Assembly (NCBI GenBank): GCA_048938105.1
Contig: JBHLMN010000020.1
Coordinates: 46,627 to 110,626 of the forward strand
Direction: 5' to 3'
DNA length: 64,000 nucleotides
From: Promethearchaeota archaeon
Lineage (GTDB): Archaea > Asgardarchaeota > Heimdallarchaeia > Hodarchaeales > Hodarchaeaceae
Shown here: positions 1 to 10,135 of the stretch, piece by piece
How the letters are laid out: each line of letters begins with the position of its first letter
Position numbering within the stretch: position 1 is the first letter of the stretch
Notes under the pieces: model-generated
The model's database searches: none
What the model saw: the letters and a program-made list of their open reading frames with translations, nothing else
What the model was told of the DNA's origin: nothing
Made by a program: the position numbers and the translations under genes

Positions 1-1
1 A

Positions 2-703
2 AAAAGTGGACTTAGGGATCGGAATGTCTGCTTCAATCGGGGAATAGTAAATTGGAAGAGAAATGTCAATATATGGAGAATCATCATAACCATTACTTTC
101 ATAAAATCCCTGATAGTCCTTGGTTGTTACATTGATGTAAGCCAACCATTTAATCCATTTATAACCAAAAAAGCGTGGACAGACAAGACGAATAGGAAAA
201 CCATGTTTCTTTGGCAAAGGTTCTCCATTCATTTCATAAGCTAAGATAACATCACCCCAGAATGCTTCTTCTAGGGTTAAACTTGTGGAAAAAGCCCATG
301 GATTTAAATCAGGTGTGTGAAACGAGATATCCACTGCTTTATCATAATTAATTTGTGATAGATTCAAAATATGATATAATTGTATACCTGTCCAATTAGC
401 TACCCCTGTTAATGATGTGTCTCCAAATTTGTAACCAATACATGTTAACCGCACAATTTCAGAAGTAGCTGGCATTGCTCTAATATCTTTCAAAGTTAAG
501 TTCAATGGATTAGCCACTTCTCCCATGACTACCAATCGATAAGTATCAGGGTCAATGTCAAAGAAATCGATCGCTTCCGTAAAGAACTCATCGTTTGAGG
601 TAATTGGGATATCATCACTAGATGATACTTCAAGTAAAGCGTTACAAAATGCAAAACTGAGTAAGAAACTGAGTAGAATTGGATTGATTTTTTGCTTCGC
701 CAT
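2..703 (-). CDS. Molybdopterin-dependent oxidoreductase (sulfite oxidase/MsrP-like) with N-terminal signal peptide; runs off the window edge
   Basis: Translated by hand (not in ORF track): MAKQKINPILLSFLLSFAFC...YRLVVMGEVANPLNLTLKDI...LTCIG...ANWTGI...LAYEMNGEPLPKKHGFPIRLVCPRFFGYKWIKWL, which are Oxidored_molyb family motifs. Confidence 0.9.
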   Translation of the reverse strand, partial: MAKQKINPILLSFLLSFAFCNALLEVSSSDDIPITSNDEFFTEAIDFFDIDPDTYRLVVMGEVANPLNLTLKDIRAMPATSEIVRLTCIGYKFGDTSLTGVANWTGIQLYHILNLSQINYDKAVDISFHTPDLNPWAFSTSLTLEEAFWGDVILAYEMNGEPLPKKHGFPIRLVCPRFFGYKWIKWLAYINVTTKDYQGFYESNGYDDSPYIDISLPIYYSPIEADIPIPKSTF

Positions 704-750
704 TTCTTCCTAGACAAAAGATAAATACAATTAAAAGTCTTTTGCCAAGG

Positions 751-826
751 TATTTTTCAAATCACAATTGTGAACTGACATTTGTACAAAAATAATCAAA
801 ATATTTTTAATCCACAATTGTGAACT
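751..826. promoter_or_regulatory. Two copies of palindrome CACAATTGTG (763-772, 813-822) within a ~25-bp direct repeat in a divergent promoter
   Basis: TATTTTTCAAATCACAATTGTGAACT and TATTTTTAATCCACAATTGTGAACT, 50 bp apart; extra palindrome TTTGTACAAA at 781-790. Confidence 0.6.
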
Positions 827-845
827 AATGTAAAGTTGGTTAAAC

Positions 846-3071
846 ATGATTGATTTCATCGCAATGATATACTATTATTTAGATAGTTTAGGGATTCTAA
901 ACATTGAACAAATTTTAGCATCTATAGTGCTGTTAACACTTTGTAGAGGATTCTATATAATAACTTATTTCTTTAATTATTCTAAGGATTATAGTAAAGA
1001 ACTTGAGGAAGGAATGAAGTTATTTACGCGAAATGAGACGATCCTATTTTGTTTAAAACAAGTTGCAGCTATACTTGTAGGAACATTATATTTCCCAATC
1101 GCTGTTTTTATATCATTCTATTCACTGTTAGTAGGGGGAAGTTATCTTAAAGAAATTGGGATAAAAACAAGATCTGATCCTCTAAAAATCGCTGGAATGG
1201 TAGTCACTATTATAGGACCACTGATTGGAATTTTGGGGTATGTTATTGCAGAAGACTATTTATCAACTGCAGCTATCGGAGTAAGTTTGTTTATTTTTCT
1301 TCATTATGGCCAAAAGACTTCATTCTTACCATTATCAACTGTTCTAGAAAGAGCTACACAACGCTTCTCTCGGATTCCTAGAGTTCTTTATCTTGGCATT
1401 TTAATTATCTCATTAATTATCCCAACAATTGTTATTCTTGGAGCTGTAATATACACCCCCCCACCTAAGCAAACTCATTTTATTGTGATGCGAGATGGAA
1501 TAAAATTAGCTACAGATGTGTACTTAGCCCCTGGATCATTTGGAGGACCAAGACCAGTCATCCTTACACGAACTCCCTATGGAAAAGATGGGATGGGAGC
1601 AATGTATGGATTATTATATCTTACTCAAGGATATCATCTAGTTGTTCAAGATATTCGAGGATGTTTTGATTCAGAAGATCATGAAGATTTTATCATGTTT
1701 CAACAGGCATATCAAGATGGTGTTGATACTCTTGAATGGATATTAGATCAATCGTGGTGTAATGGGAAGATCGCTTCTGTAGGAGCTTCAGCATTAGCAA
1801 TTAACGAATACTTTTATGCTGGTATGAATCCAACTGGTCTTATTTGCCAATCTTTAATGATTGGTACACCAGATTTATATAAAATCTCTATGTGGCCAGG
1901 GGGGGTACTTAAGGAAAGCCTTGTTCTCGGATGGCTTGAAGGAACAGCTGATAATTACGAATATCAGCTTCAACAAATTATAAGTCGTCCCAAAAAAGAG
2001 GATCTCTACTATAATTCAACATCCTTGTTCTTAGAAGAGGGGCCAAATTTCAGTAATGTTAACGTTCCTGCAATTCATATTGGAGGGTGGTACGATGTTT
2101 TCCAGCAAGGAACCTTAGATGGTTTCATCGGTTATGATGATTTGAGCCTTGAGGGAGCTCGTGATCACCAATTATTGATAATGGGTCCCTTTACTCATGG
2201 TTTTCCAGGTGAAGGGAAACAAGGAGAATTATTCTTTCCAACAAAAACCAAAAAAGGGTTTGATTTGTATCTTGAGTGGGAACGAAAACTTTTTGATCAT
2301 GTTCTATTAGGGAAGGATTTTGATTGGGATAATGAGTATCGCGTAGCTTATTATATGATGGGGGATAACACATCAGATGACCCAGATGTAAATGACTATA
2401 GGTTTACTTATGATTGGCCTGTACCTCATGTTAATGATCGCTGGTATTTCAGTGCTAATAGTCAGTTAATTCTTGGAACAGATGATTTAACCAGTGCAAA
2501 TTATTCTTATATATACGATCCTCGTGATCCTGTACCAACTGTTGGAGGGACTAATCTAATGATCCCTTCAGGGCCATACGATCAAGGTAAAATTGAAACT
2601 CGGGATGATGTACTTATTTTTGAAACCTCATCTCTGACTTCAAAGGTAGAAGTTGTGGGACAGATGTGGGCTCATTTATGGGTTATGTCTAATTGTACAA
2701 ATACTGACTTTACAGTTAAAATTAGTGATGTTTATCCAGATGGACGTTCTATGTTAATAACAGATGGAATCATCAATATGCTTAGGCGAGATGGCTTTGA
2801 TCAAGATGCTCCTCCTTTAAATCCTGGTGAGCCTGTGAATGTTACTCTTGATCTCTGGTCAACAGCTTATCAGTTCGATGAAGGACATAGAATTAGGATA
2901 GCGATTTCTAGTTCGAATTACCCTCGATTTGCAATCAATCCAAACACAGGAGCTCCTCCTGAACTTTATTATTATCAGTATTTAGATCAAAAAATCGCAA
3001 ATAATTCAGTTTTAGTCGGACCAAGTTATCCATCTTATGTCATTCTTCCAAAACCTACTGAAACCGTTTAA
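846..3071 (+). CDS. CocE/NonD-family (peptidase S15) serine hydrolase with multi-TM N-terminal region
   Basis: MRDGIKLATDVY, RTPY, QDIRG, WCNGKI..G-A-S, GGWYD, GPFTH, SSSNYPRF motifs. Confidence 0.9.
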   Translation: MIDFIAMIYYYLDSLGILNIEQILASIVLLTLCRGFYIITYFFNYSKDYSKELEEGMKLFTRNETILFCLKQVAAILVGTLYFPIAVFISFYSLLVGGSYLKEIGIKTRSDPLKIAGMVVTIIGPLIGILGYVIAEDYLSTAAIGVSLFIFLHYGQKTSFLPLSTVLERATQRFSRIPRVLYLGILIISLIIPTIVILGAVIYTPPPKQTHFIVMRDGIKLATDVYLAPGSFGGPRPVILTRTPYGKDGMGAMYGLLYLTQGYHLVVQDIRGCFDSEDHEDFIMFQQAYQDGVDTLEWILDQSWCNGKIASVGASALAINEYFYAGMNPTGLICQSLMIGTPDLYKISMWPGGVLKESLVLGWLEGTADNYEYQLQQIISRPKKEDLYYNSTSLFLEEGPNFSNVNVPAIHIGGWYDVFQQGTLDGFIGYDDLSLEGARDHQLLIMGPFTHGFPGEGKQGELFFPTKTKKGFDLYLEWERKLFDHVLLGKDFDWDNEYRVAYYMMGDNTSDDPDVNDYRFTYDWPVPHVNDRWYFSANSQLILGTDDLTSANYSYIYDPRDPVPTVGGTNLMIPSGPYDQGKIETRDDVLIFETSSLTSKVEVVGQMWAHLWVMSNCTNTDFTVKISDVYPDGRSMLITDGIINMLRRDGFDQDAPPLNPGEPVNVTLDLWSTAYQFDEGHRIRIAISSSNYPRFAINPNTGAPPELYYYQYLDQKIANNSVLVGPSYPSYVILPKPTETV

Positions 3072-3100
3072 AGAAATGTATTTCTAATTGGGTTTGTAAG

Positions 3101-3385
3101 ATGTCAAGAATAAAGGTGACTGTTGAGAAAATTAATGGTTATTGCAATTTACCGATGCTTATAGGTGATCACTTTTTCATAGAAGGATCAAAATTAACAA
3201 TTCCTGAGGGAAAACACATATGTATATGGGCTTTACAAAGTATGATGCCTATATTCCCAATTTTTTCTGAGAAAGAGAAGCTTGATGATGATCATTGGAT
3301 AAAGAGGGTCAAACATTTTTCTTGTCCTGATCCTAAAGGTCTTGTTCAATATCGTTTGGAATTGATTGATGATGATTCAACTTGA
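3101..3385 (+). CDS. Small Cys-containing protein (TIGR04076-like)
   Basis: I-x-G-x-C...GD-x-F...CIWAL...CPDP pattern; first gene of the AOR operon. Confidence 0.7.
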   Translation: MSRIKVTVEKINGYCNLPMLIGDHFFIEGSKLTIPEGKHICIWALQSMMPIFPIFSEKEKLDDDHWIKRVKHFSCPDPKGLVQYRLELIDDDST

Positions 3386-3878
3386 TGTTAGCAAGTGTAC
3401 AGGTTGTAGAATGTGTGAAACTACTTGTACAATGCTTCATACAGGCCGAGTTAACCGAAATATGGCTAGAATACACGTTGTGAATTTATTTCAAATTGGA
3501 ATTGACGGTCCTGTTGTTTGTCTTCAATGTAAAGAAAGATATTGTATGGATTGTCCTTCAAATGCCATTACATTAGGGAATCAAGGACAAATAATAATAT
3601 CTCCCACATTATGCACACTTTGTGGAAAATGTGAGAGGAATTGCCCTATAGGAGCGATACAGATCTTCAACAAAATTGTATATGTCTGTGATCTCTGCGG
3701 AGGTTCTCCTAAATGTGTTGAAGTTTGTACCGAGGGTGCGATCAGCTACATTCCCGAGTTTGAAAAGACTTCGCTTGCTTACCTTAAAGAAGAAATGAAG
3801 AACATGAACCCTAGTGAAAGACAAATGCATTATGTTGAGACACTAGGGAGAGATGTAAGGAGAAATTGGAGGAGGTAA
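3366..3878 (+). CDS. 4Fe-4S dicluster electron-transfer subunit
   Basis: CTGCRMCETTC, CLQC...C..CP, CTLCGKCERNCP, CDLC....C...C motifs; overlaps both neighbours. Confidence 0.9.
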   Translation: MMMIQLDVSKCTGCRMCETTCTMLHTGRVNRNMARIHVVNLFQIGIDGPVVCLQCKERYCMDCPSNAITLGNQGQIIISPTLCTLCGKCERNCPIGAIQIFNKIVYVCDLCGGSPKCVEVCTEGAISYIPEFEKTSLAYLKEEMKNMNPSERQMHYVETLGRDVRRNWRR

Positions 3879-5668
3879 AGCAAATGGATTATGGCTATGG
3901 AGGAAAAATATTACGAATAGATCTCTCCGAAAGAAGGTATAAAATTGACAAATTGAAGAAGAGTTGGATCAAAAATGTGATAGGGGGCAGAGCGGCAAAT
4001 TCTAAAAGGTTATTTGAGGAATTAGATCCGAACTGTGATCCACTTGGGCCTGATAATTTATTAATTTTTGGTATTGGCCCCTTAACGGGCTCTTATCTAC
4101 CCGCATCCGCTTATTTCACGATTTCTGCAAAATCCCCTTTAACAGGAATATTGGGTGACTCCGCTGCAGGGGGCCAATTTGGTTCCGAAATGAAATTAAC
4201 TGGTTTTGATCAGATCATCATAACTGGTAAAGCAAGTAATCTACTTTATTTGTTGATTACTAACTCAGATGTTGATTTCATAGATTGTTCCCAATATGTA
4301 GGGGATTTTGTACTGGATACAACTCATAAGATTCGGAAAGAGCAGAGAGATTATTCAATCCAAGTAGCAGCTATTGGCCCCGCGGGGGAGAACATGGTTC
4401 TATACTCTTCTGTTATTTCAAGCGGAAACAGGGCAAGTGGAAGAACTGGAATGGGAGCAGTAATGGGAGCAAAGAATCTTAAAGCTATTGCAGTCCGTGG
4501 GGGTTGTTCTGTAGAATTGGCGGAACCACTCGCATTTTTATCAGAGGTAAAAAAAATCAAGAAAGAGATTTTCGATCATAATGAATATTCCAAACGTTAT
4601 AACCTAGGAACGACAATGTTAATGACTGATCTAAATGGTATTGGAATTCTACCTACAAATCATTTCCAGAAAGGGGTATGTAATTACCTCAATAAAGTCT
4701 CTGGAGAACATCTAGCTGCAAATTTCAAAGTAAAAAATAAGGGGTGTTTCAATTGTAATCTTCATTGTTCTAGATATTACGTTTGTGGAGATTATGAGGC
4801 TGAAGGACCTGAATATGAAACATTATGTGGGTTTACCTCTCGAATTGGAGTTTCAGATCTAGAGTTTGCTTTGGAAATGAATTATTATCTCAATCAGGTA
4901 GGTTTGGACTCACTCTCCACCTGTGAAGTGATCGGATGGGTAATGGAATGTCAAGAAAAGGGATTGATCAGACCTGAAGAAGTTGGTGGAATAGAGATTT
5001 CTTGGGGCGATACAAATAAGATCAGAGAAATTGTTGAGATGATAACCTTCCGTAAGGGGATTGGTGATGAATTTGCAGAAGGAGCGACTAAATTTTCACA
5101 GAAATTTAGTGAGGAGGTAAGAAAACTTGTCATGCAGGTTAAGGGCCTTGATATTATCTGTGGTGATCCTCGTGGTTTGAAAGCATATGGTTTGACTTAT
5201 GCCATTGCTTCCCGAGGGGGAGACCATCTAAGAGCTGAACCGTTTTTCGAGCTTACTGAGAGATGGGAAGAAGCTAAAAATAGATTTGGTACTGAAAAAG
5301 CTGCTGATAGACTTTCAGAGGAAGGTAAAGCAGCACTAGTCACCTATTCTGAGAAAATTGCGCTCCTAACGGATAGTATGACGATGTGTAAAAACATTGG
5401 TCTCTGTATGGATATTTTAAACTTAGAGAATGCGTCAAATCTCTTGACTTATGGTACAGGGATTGAATACACACCTGAATATTTAATAAAGATTCTTGAA
5501 GAGTCTATTGAAAGGGATTACAAGCTCAATCAAAAATTTGGAATGAAACTAGAGGATACTCTCCCAGAAAGGTTTACTTCTGAATCACTCAATGAAGGCC
5601 CGACTCAGGGATCTACAGTAAATATACAAAAAATGGTTAAAGAGTATAATAGATTACATAATCGCTAA
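3866..5668 (+). CDS. aor: Aldehyde:ferredoxin oxidoreductase (tungsten AOR family); likely start 3884
   Basis: GYGGKILRIDLS, KSPLTG, IGPAGE, GRTGMGAVMGAKNLKAI, CFNCNLHC, EGPEYET, RGGDH. Confidence 0.95.
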   Translation: MEEVKQMDYGYGGKILRIDLSERRYKIDKLKKSWIKNVIGGRAANSKRLFEELDPNCDPLGPDNLLIFGIGPLTGSYLPASAYFTISAKSPLTGILGDSAAGGQFGSEMKLTGFDQIIITGKASNLLYLLITNSDVDFIDCSQYVGDFVLDTTHKIRKEQRDYSIQVAAIGPAGENMVLYSSVISSGNRASGRTGMGAVMGAKNLKAIAVRGGCSVELAEPLAFLSEVKKIKKEIFDHNEYSKRYNLGTTMLMTDLNGIGILPTNHFQKGVCNYLNKVSGEHLAANFKVKNKGCFNCNLHCSRYYVCGDYEAEGPEYETLCGFTSRIGVSDLEFALEMNYYLNQVGLDSLSTCEVIGWVMECQEKGLIRPEEVGGIEISWGDTNKIREIVEMITFRKGIGDEFAEGATKFSQKFSEEVRKLVMQVKGLDIICGDPRGLKAYGLTYAIASRGGDHLRAEPFFELTERWEEAKNRFGTEKAADRLSEEGKAALVTYSEKIALLTDSMTMCKNIGLCMDILNLENASNLLTYGTGIEYTPEYLIKILEESIERDYKLNQKFGMKLEDTLPERFTSESLNEGPTQGSTVNIQKMVKEYNRLHNR

Positions 5669-5823
5669 TAGTTGCAGATTAATATAATCTAGCCATTTAA
5701 TGAGAGAAATAACATATTCAACGAAGAAATTCATCCATATTTTATCAGACGTAAACAGAGGCGATTTTAATTGGAACTTTGGGGGAGTGGATGTTACAAT
5801 TTTTACTTAGCTAGGTACAAATC

Positions 5824-6975
5824 TTATGGCCCTGGGGCTCTTTGATTCATCTTTACGAGTTTTAGAGCTTCTAGAAGATATTCATCTACTTGGGCTTGTT
5901 TTATTCGGATTTGAAACGATGCATTACTTTGGACTAAGGTTTCCCATTCATTAAATTGATCCTGTATCAGTTTTTTCTCCTCTACAACTCTGTCAACTAA
6001 TTGATTTAGCTTTTTCTCCTTTGCGATTACTTCTGCTTGTTCTAAGAATTCAAACGCTTTTGTAAGATCACCTTCTATCATAGCGAATTTGGTTTGAATT
6101 ATTAAAGCGTTAACAACTGAAGAATGAGATTGTTGCTGACGGGATAATTCTATTAGTTTATTTACAAGATTTTTAACATCATGAAGTATTGTTTCCTCTT
6201 CTGATACACTTAGTTCTATAAGAAGAAGTTCACACAAACTGATCATCGCATCAAAAGTATTAGGGAAAAATACCATTCGTTCTTCAGCAATTTCTTTAAA
6301 AATTTCTTGTGCTTTCATTTTATCACGAAGACGTGGGCTATATTTCAGAATATGGCCTTCTGCTAATCGACATAGCTGATTGACATATTTCTTATATTCA
6401 TGTGTTTTAATTTTGGTTAAAGATAAAATCTGTAATCGTTGAAAATAATCCTTTGCATCTTCAATCTCCTGAATATCAAGAGTTAAAGAAACAAGTCTAT
6501 AAAGTACCTGACTAGCCAAAGCATAAAACTCTTCTTCTTCACATAATATTAAAGCTTGATTTGCATATTCGATTGCTCGAATGAAGTCTCCTTTAGCTTG
6601 ATAGACATCTGCTAAGTGTGCAGGAGGGTACACTCTCCCAAAAGGTTTTCCTAAAGAATTGAATTCCCTCATACTTTGATGAAAATAATCTTCAGCAAAG
6701 TCAAGTTCTCCTTTCATGTAATAAATAAAACCCACTGTATCTTTTGCATTAGCTACTCCAACTTTATGTCCAATTCCTTCAAGAGTTGCTAAGCTTTTCA
6801 ATCCATATTTTAATGCTTGATCTAATTCTCCTTGACATAAATAATAGGTTGAAATTTCATTAAGGGCTTCTCCTACTTTATCTGTTCTTCCACTTTTTTC
6901 AAAGGATTTGACTACTCTCCAAGCTTCTTCGAACTTACCTTGGAACATGAGTTTTTCAATTCCCAGGCCAGTCAA
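5824..6975 (-). CDS. Tetratricopeptide-repeat protein
   Basis: Repeated helical units such as YYLCQGELDQALKY, YYMKGELDFAEDY, YQAKGDFIRAIEY. Confidence 0.8.
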   Translation of the reverse strand: MTGLGIEKLMFQGKFEEAWRVVKSFEKSGRTDKVGEALNEISTYYLCQGELDQALKYGLKSLATLEGIGHKVGVANAKDTVGFIYYMKGELDFAEDYFHQSMREFNSLGKPFGRVYPPAHLADVYQAKGDFIRAIEYANQALILCEEEEFYALASQVLYRLVSLTLDIQEIEDAKDYFQRLQILSLTKIKTHEYKKYVNQLCRLAEGHILKYSPRLRDKMKAQEIFKEIAEERMVFFPNTFDAMISLCELLLIELSVSEEETILHDVKNLVNKLIELSRQQQSHSSVVNALIIQTKFAMIEGDLTKAFEFLEQAEVIAKEKKLNQLVDRVVEEKKLIQDQFNEWETLVQSNASFQIRIKQAQVDEYLLEALKLVKMNQRAPGP

Positions 6976-7088
6976 GTTTCTCTACTCCATTCATTCTAAC
7001 TATGGTTTAAATCTTTGATTTTTAATATTTAAGTAACTCTATCAAAATAATCCTTTTTATAGATTAATTTTTCTTTATTTTTTTTATC

Positions 7089-7203
7089 AGGGCAATAAAC
7101 AATTTATAAAAGAATTTTGGTATCAATTAAAAGCAAAGAATTATATCTATAATTAAGCTAGTAAGATAGCAAAACTGTAGTTAAATTTGATGGTTATTGC
7201 CCT
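7089..7203. repeat. 115-bp intergenic element with 13-bp terminal inverted repeats (MITE-like)
   Basis: AGGGCAATAAACA (7089-7101) versus TGGTTATTGCCCT (7191-7203), 12/13 complementary; no clear target-site duplication. Confidence 0.4.
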
Positions 7204-7261
7204 TAAAAGAAACCCTACTTGGGATTATATTGTAAAGATTCAAAAAAAGGGCATATAATCG

Positions 7262-8266
7262 TTAACGGGTACAGATTATCTCTTTTAACTGCTGAATACT
7301 GATATTCCCTCCACTAATAATTAAAATGACATTTTTTTCTTCAAAACGATCTGTTTCTTTCAGATATGCTGCAACTGTGACCCCTGCTGCTCCTTCAATA
7401 ACCATGTGGTGTTTTTCAAGCATGAATAAAATGGCATTAGCAATTTCCTCCTCATTTACAAGAATATAGTGATCTACATAACGTTGACACAGTTTAAAGG
7501 TAATAGCATTAGGTTCAATACCCCCTGCTGATCCATCACTCAGTGTTGGTTTACTTTTCATATCAATAATCTTTCCAGCCTTAATGGACTCATACATCAC
7601 TGCGGAATTTAATGGAAGACATCCTACAATTTTAATTTTTGGATTTAGATCTTTCAAATAGCCTGCTATACCTGATATTAATCCCCCACCTCCAATAGTA
7701 ACTAGGACGATATCAATCTTATCTAGCTGTCTAGTAAGTTCTATTGCAATAGTACCCTGTCCTCCAATAATCTCTAGATCATTATATGGTGAAATAAAGA
7801 CCTTATTTTCCCGTTCTGCAATTTCCTTGGCAAAAATCTCTGCTTCAACACTATCTGTGCCATAAAATTCCAATGGGATGTTATAATTGCGTAATCTATC
7901 AATTTTCACTTGAGCTGTTATAGTGGGAAGATAAATAGTTCCAGTTCCACCAAGTTTGGTTAATGCGTAAGCGACTGCTAATCCATGATTACCAGATGAT
8001 GCTGTAGTGATTTCAATTTCTTTAGGAAGAGAAAGTATTTTGTTTATGGCTCCTCTAGCTTTGAATGATCCAGTCAATTGTACATTCTCCATTTTTAGAT
8101 AAACTTTACTTCCTCTTCCCATTTTACTTAAATATGGGGAATATTCAAGAGGGGTTTCTCTGATATAGGCTCTGATACGCTTCTCAGCTTCAAGAACTTC
8201 ATTTCTTATTGTTTTTGAAATCTGATGATTATGTTTCTCTTCGATCTTCAAGAAGTACAACCTCAA
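7262..8266 (-). CDS. PLP-dependent threonine/serine dehydratase
   Basis: KMENVQLTGSFKARGA, ASSGNHG, GQGTI, IGGGGLISG, SGGN. Confidence 0.93.
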   Translation of the reverse strand: MRLYFLKIEEKHNHQISKTIRNEVLEAEKRIRAYIRETPLEYSPYLSKMGRGSKVYLKMENVQLTGSFKARGAINKILSLPKEIEITTASSGNHGLAVAYALTKLGGTGTIYLPTITAQVKIDRLRNYNIPLEFYGTDSVEAEIFAKEIAERENKVFISPYNDLEIIGGQGTIAIELTRQLDKIDIVLVTIGGGGLISGIAGYLKDLNPKIKIVGCLPLNSAVMYESIKAGKIIDMKSKPTLSDGSAGGIEPNAITFKLCQRYVDHYILVNEEEIANAILFMLEKHHMVIEGAAGVTVAAYLKETDRFEEKNVILIISGGNISIQQLKEIICTR

Positions 8267-8380
8267 GTGTTAGTAATTTGGGTCTCATTATTAACCTATT
8301 GAAGAATAGAACTAATATTATATATACAAAATAATTGAGAATGGTATAATGTACGTACAAAATGATAGGTTATTAAAAGA

Positions 8381-8728
8381 ATGGTACATAATACGAAGAA
8401 GGAATTAAGAATGATAAGTCGTATTTGGCATGGATGGACAACATGCGGGAACGCTGATGCTTATGAATCACTTCTCAAGAGCGAAATTTTCTCAAGTATA
8501 GAGAACCAACGGATTGCTGGTTATAAAGGAATCCATCTTTTTCGTCGTAATATTGGAGATGAAGTAGAGTTCATTACTATTATGTGGTTTGATTCATTAG
8601 AAGCCATTCACGCTTTTGCAGGAGAAGATTATGAGTTAGCAGTCGTTCCTCCTAAAGCAAGAGCTTTACTTTCTCGGTTTGACACGCGTTCTCAACATTA
8701 TGAAGTTAGGGCCGAAGTAAAAGTATAA
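8381..8728 (+). CDS. Antibiotic biosynthesis monooxygenase-like (ferredoxin-fold) protein; likely start 8411
   Basis: MISRIWHG...EFITIMWFDSLEAIHAFAGEDYE..AVVP family pattern. Confidence 0.75.
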   Translation: MVHNTKKELRMISRIWHGWTTCGNADAYESLLKSEIFSSIENQRIAGYKGIHLFRRNIGDEVEFITIMWFDSLEAIHAFAGEDYELAVVPPKARALLSRFDTRSQHYEVRAEVKV

Positions 8729-8853
8729 CTCCGCTTTATTCCTCTAGAATGGCATAGAAGTTTACTCGCTACTGATTTATTATATTAACTCCTAGATTTC
8801 TTTGTAGAATTGTTTAATTAAAGAAAATCCACAATCTATAGATACAAATCCAG

Positions 8854-10038
8854 TTGGGAAAAGCATTGGTTATTAACTTTAATGAAATTCAACCCAAATA
8901 TTATTCCCTTCATCCTAATGAAATGTTTAATTATCAATTCAACAAGGGAATTTCTATTGGTTATGCCCGGGTTGAGGATTTAAAAGAAGTTGTTTCAAAA
9001 ATTCACAGTCTTCATGATTGGGTACATGAAATGCGCTTATTAGCAGATCGAGCCAAATCTGAAAAGAGAATCCTAAATGCAGCTTATTATTATCGGATGA
9101 CTGAATTTTATACTCTTCCATCTGATTCAGAAAAGAGTGTACTATACAATAAATTCAATAAATTGATCTATCAGGTTTTCAAAGGTAATCTTTTCAAGGA
9201 TTATTCTGTTCCGTATGAAAGAGGATTTCTTCCCACATATCGCTTTAAATCAACAAAAAATAATTCTAAGGGTACAATTATTGTCCATGGAGGATTTGAT
9301 TCATTCATTGAAGAGTTTTTTCCTCTTGCGACATTCTTGGTTGAGAAAGGATATGAAGTATTTATGTTTGAAGGCCCAGGTCAAGGAAAAGCACTGTTCA
9401 AACATCAGCTCAATCTAATTCCAGAATGGGAGAAACCTGTGAGCACTATCCTTGATTTTTTCAACCTAACGGATGTTATATTGATTGGTATTTCTTTAGG
9501 TGGTTATTTAGGACTTAGAGCTGCAGCATACGATCATCGAATAAGTAAAGTGGTGGTTTTTGGAGTCATCTATGACTTCTATTCAGCAAGAATGAGTACA
9601 TTATCACTGAGCTCACGAATCATATCTAAAATACTAATTTCTCTTCAGAAGGATAGGTTGTTCAATTCTCTTATTCAAAAAGCAATGAAGAAAGACCCCT
9701 TCGTGAATTGGTCATATCAACAATCTATGTACGTTTTTGGAGTAAGTACGCCTTATGAAGTTATTAAACGGATGAAACAATTCAATCTCATAAAGATATC
9801 AAGATTAATCAAACAGGATATTTTACTCTTACATGGAGAAGAGGATAATTTTATTCCATTAAAGATGTATTTTAAGCAGAAGAAGGCATTAACCGCAGCA
9901 AAATCTACTTCGGGACGAATTTTTACTGCAGTGGAGAATGCATCACACCATTGTCAAATAGGAAATATTAAGCTTGCATTCGATACAATTTACGATTGGA
10001 TAGAGGGTAGATGGTTAAATATTAAATTTGATGTTTAA
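8854..10038 (+). CDS. Alpha/beta hydrolase (FrsA/DHPON-hydrolase-like)
   Basis: HGGFDS, FEGPGQG, GISLGG nucleophile, GEED, HCQIGN. Confidence 0.85.
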   Translation: MGKALVINFNEIQPKYYSLHPNEMFNYQFNKGISIGYARVEDLKEVVSKIHSLHDWVHEMRLLADRAKSEKRILNAAYYYRMTEFYTLPSDSEKSVLYNKFNKLIYQVFKGNLFKDYSVPYERGFLPTYRFKSTKNNSKGTIIVHGGFDSFIEEFFPLATFLVEKGYEVFMFEGPGQGKALFKHQLNLIPEWEKPVSTILDFFNLTDVILIGISLGGYLGLRAAAYDHRISKVVVFGVIYDFYSARMSTLSLSSRIISKILISLQKDRLFNSLIQKAMKKDPFVNWSYQQSMYVFGVSTPYEVIKRMKQFNLIKISRLIKQDILLLHGEEDNFIPLKMYFKQKKALTAAKSTSGRIFTAVENASHHCQIGNIKLAFDTIYDWIEGRWLNIKFDV

Positions 10039-10135
10039 TATGCTTGATGAGCCTCTCAAAAGATTTCTTTTTGTTGCTATATAGATATGGTTTTTTCAAT
10101 GGTTAAACTGATAAAGGAATTTCATAAGATAATTT

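Noticed and set aside
529-717. 62-aa ORF in the track
   Set aside because: Wrong frame; overlaps the real molybdopterin oxidoreductase starting at 703
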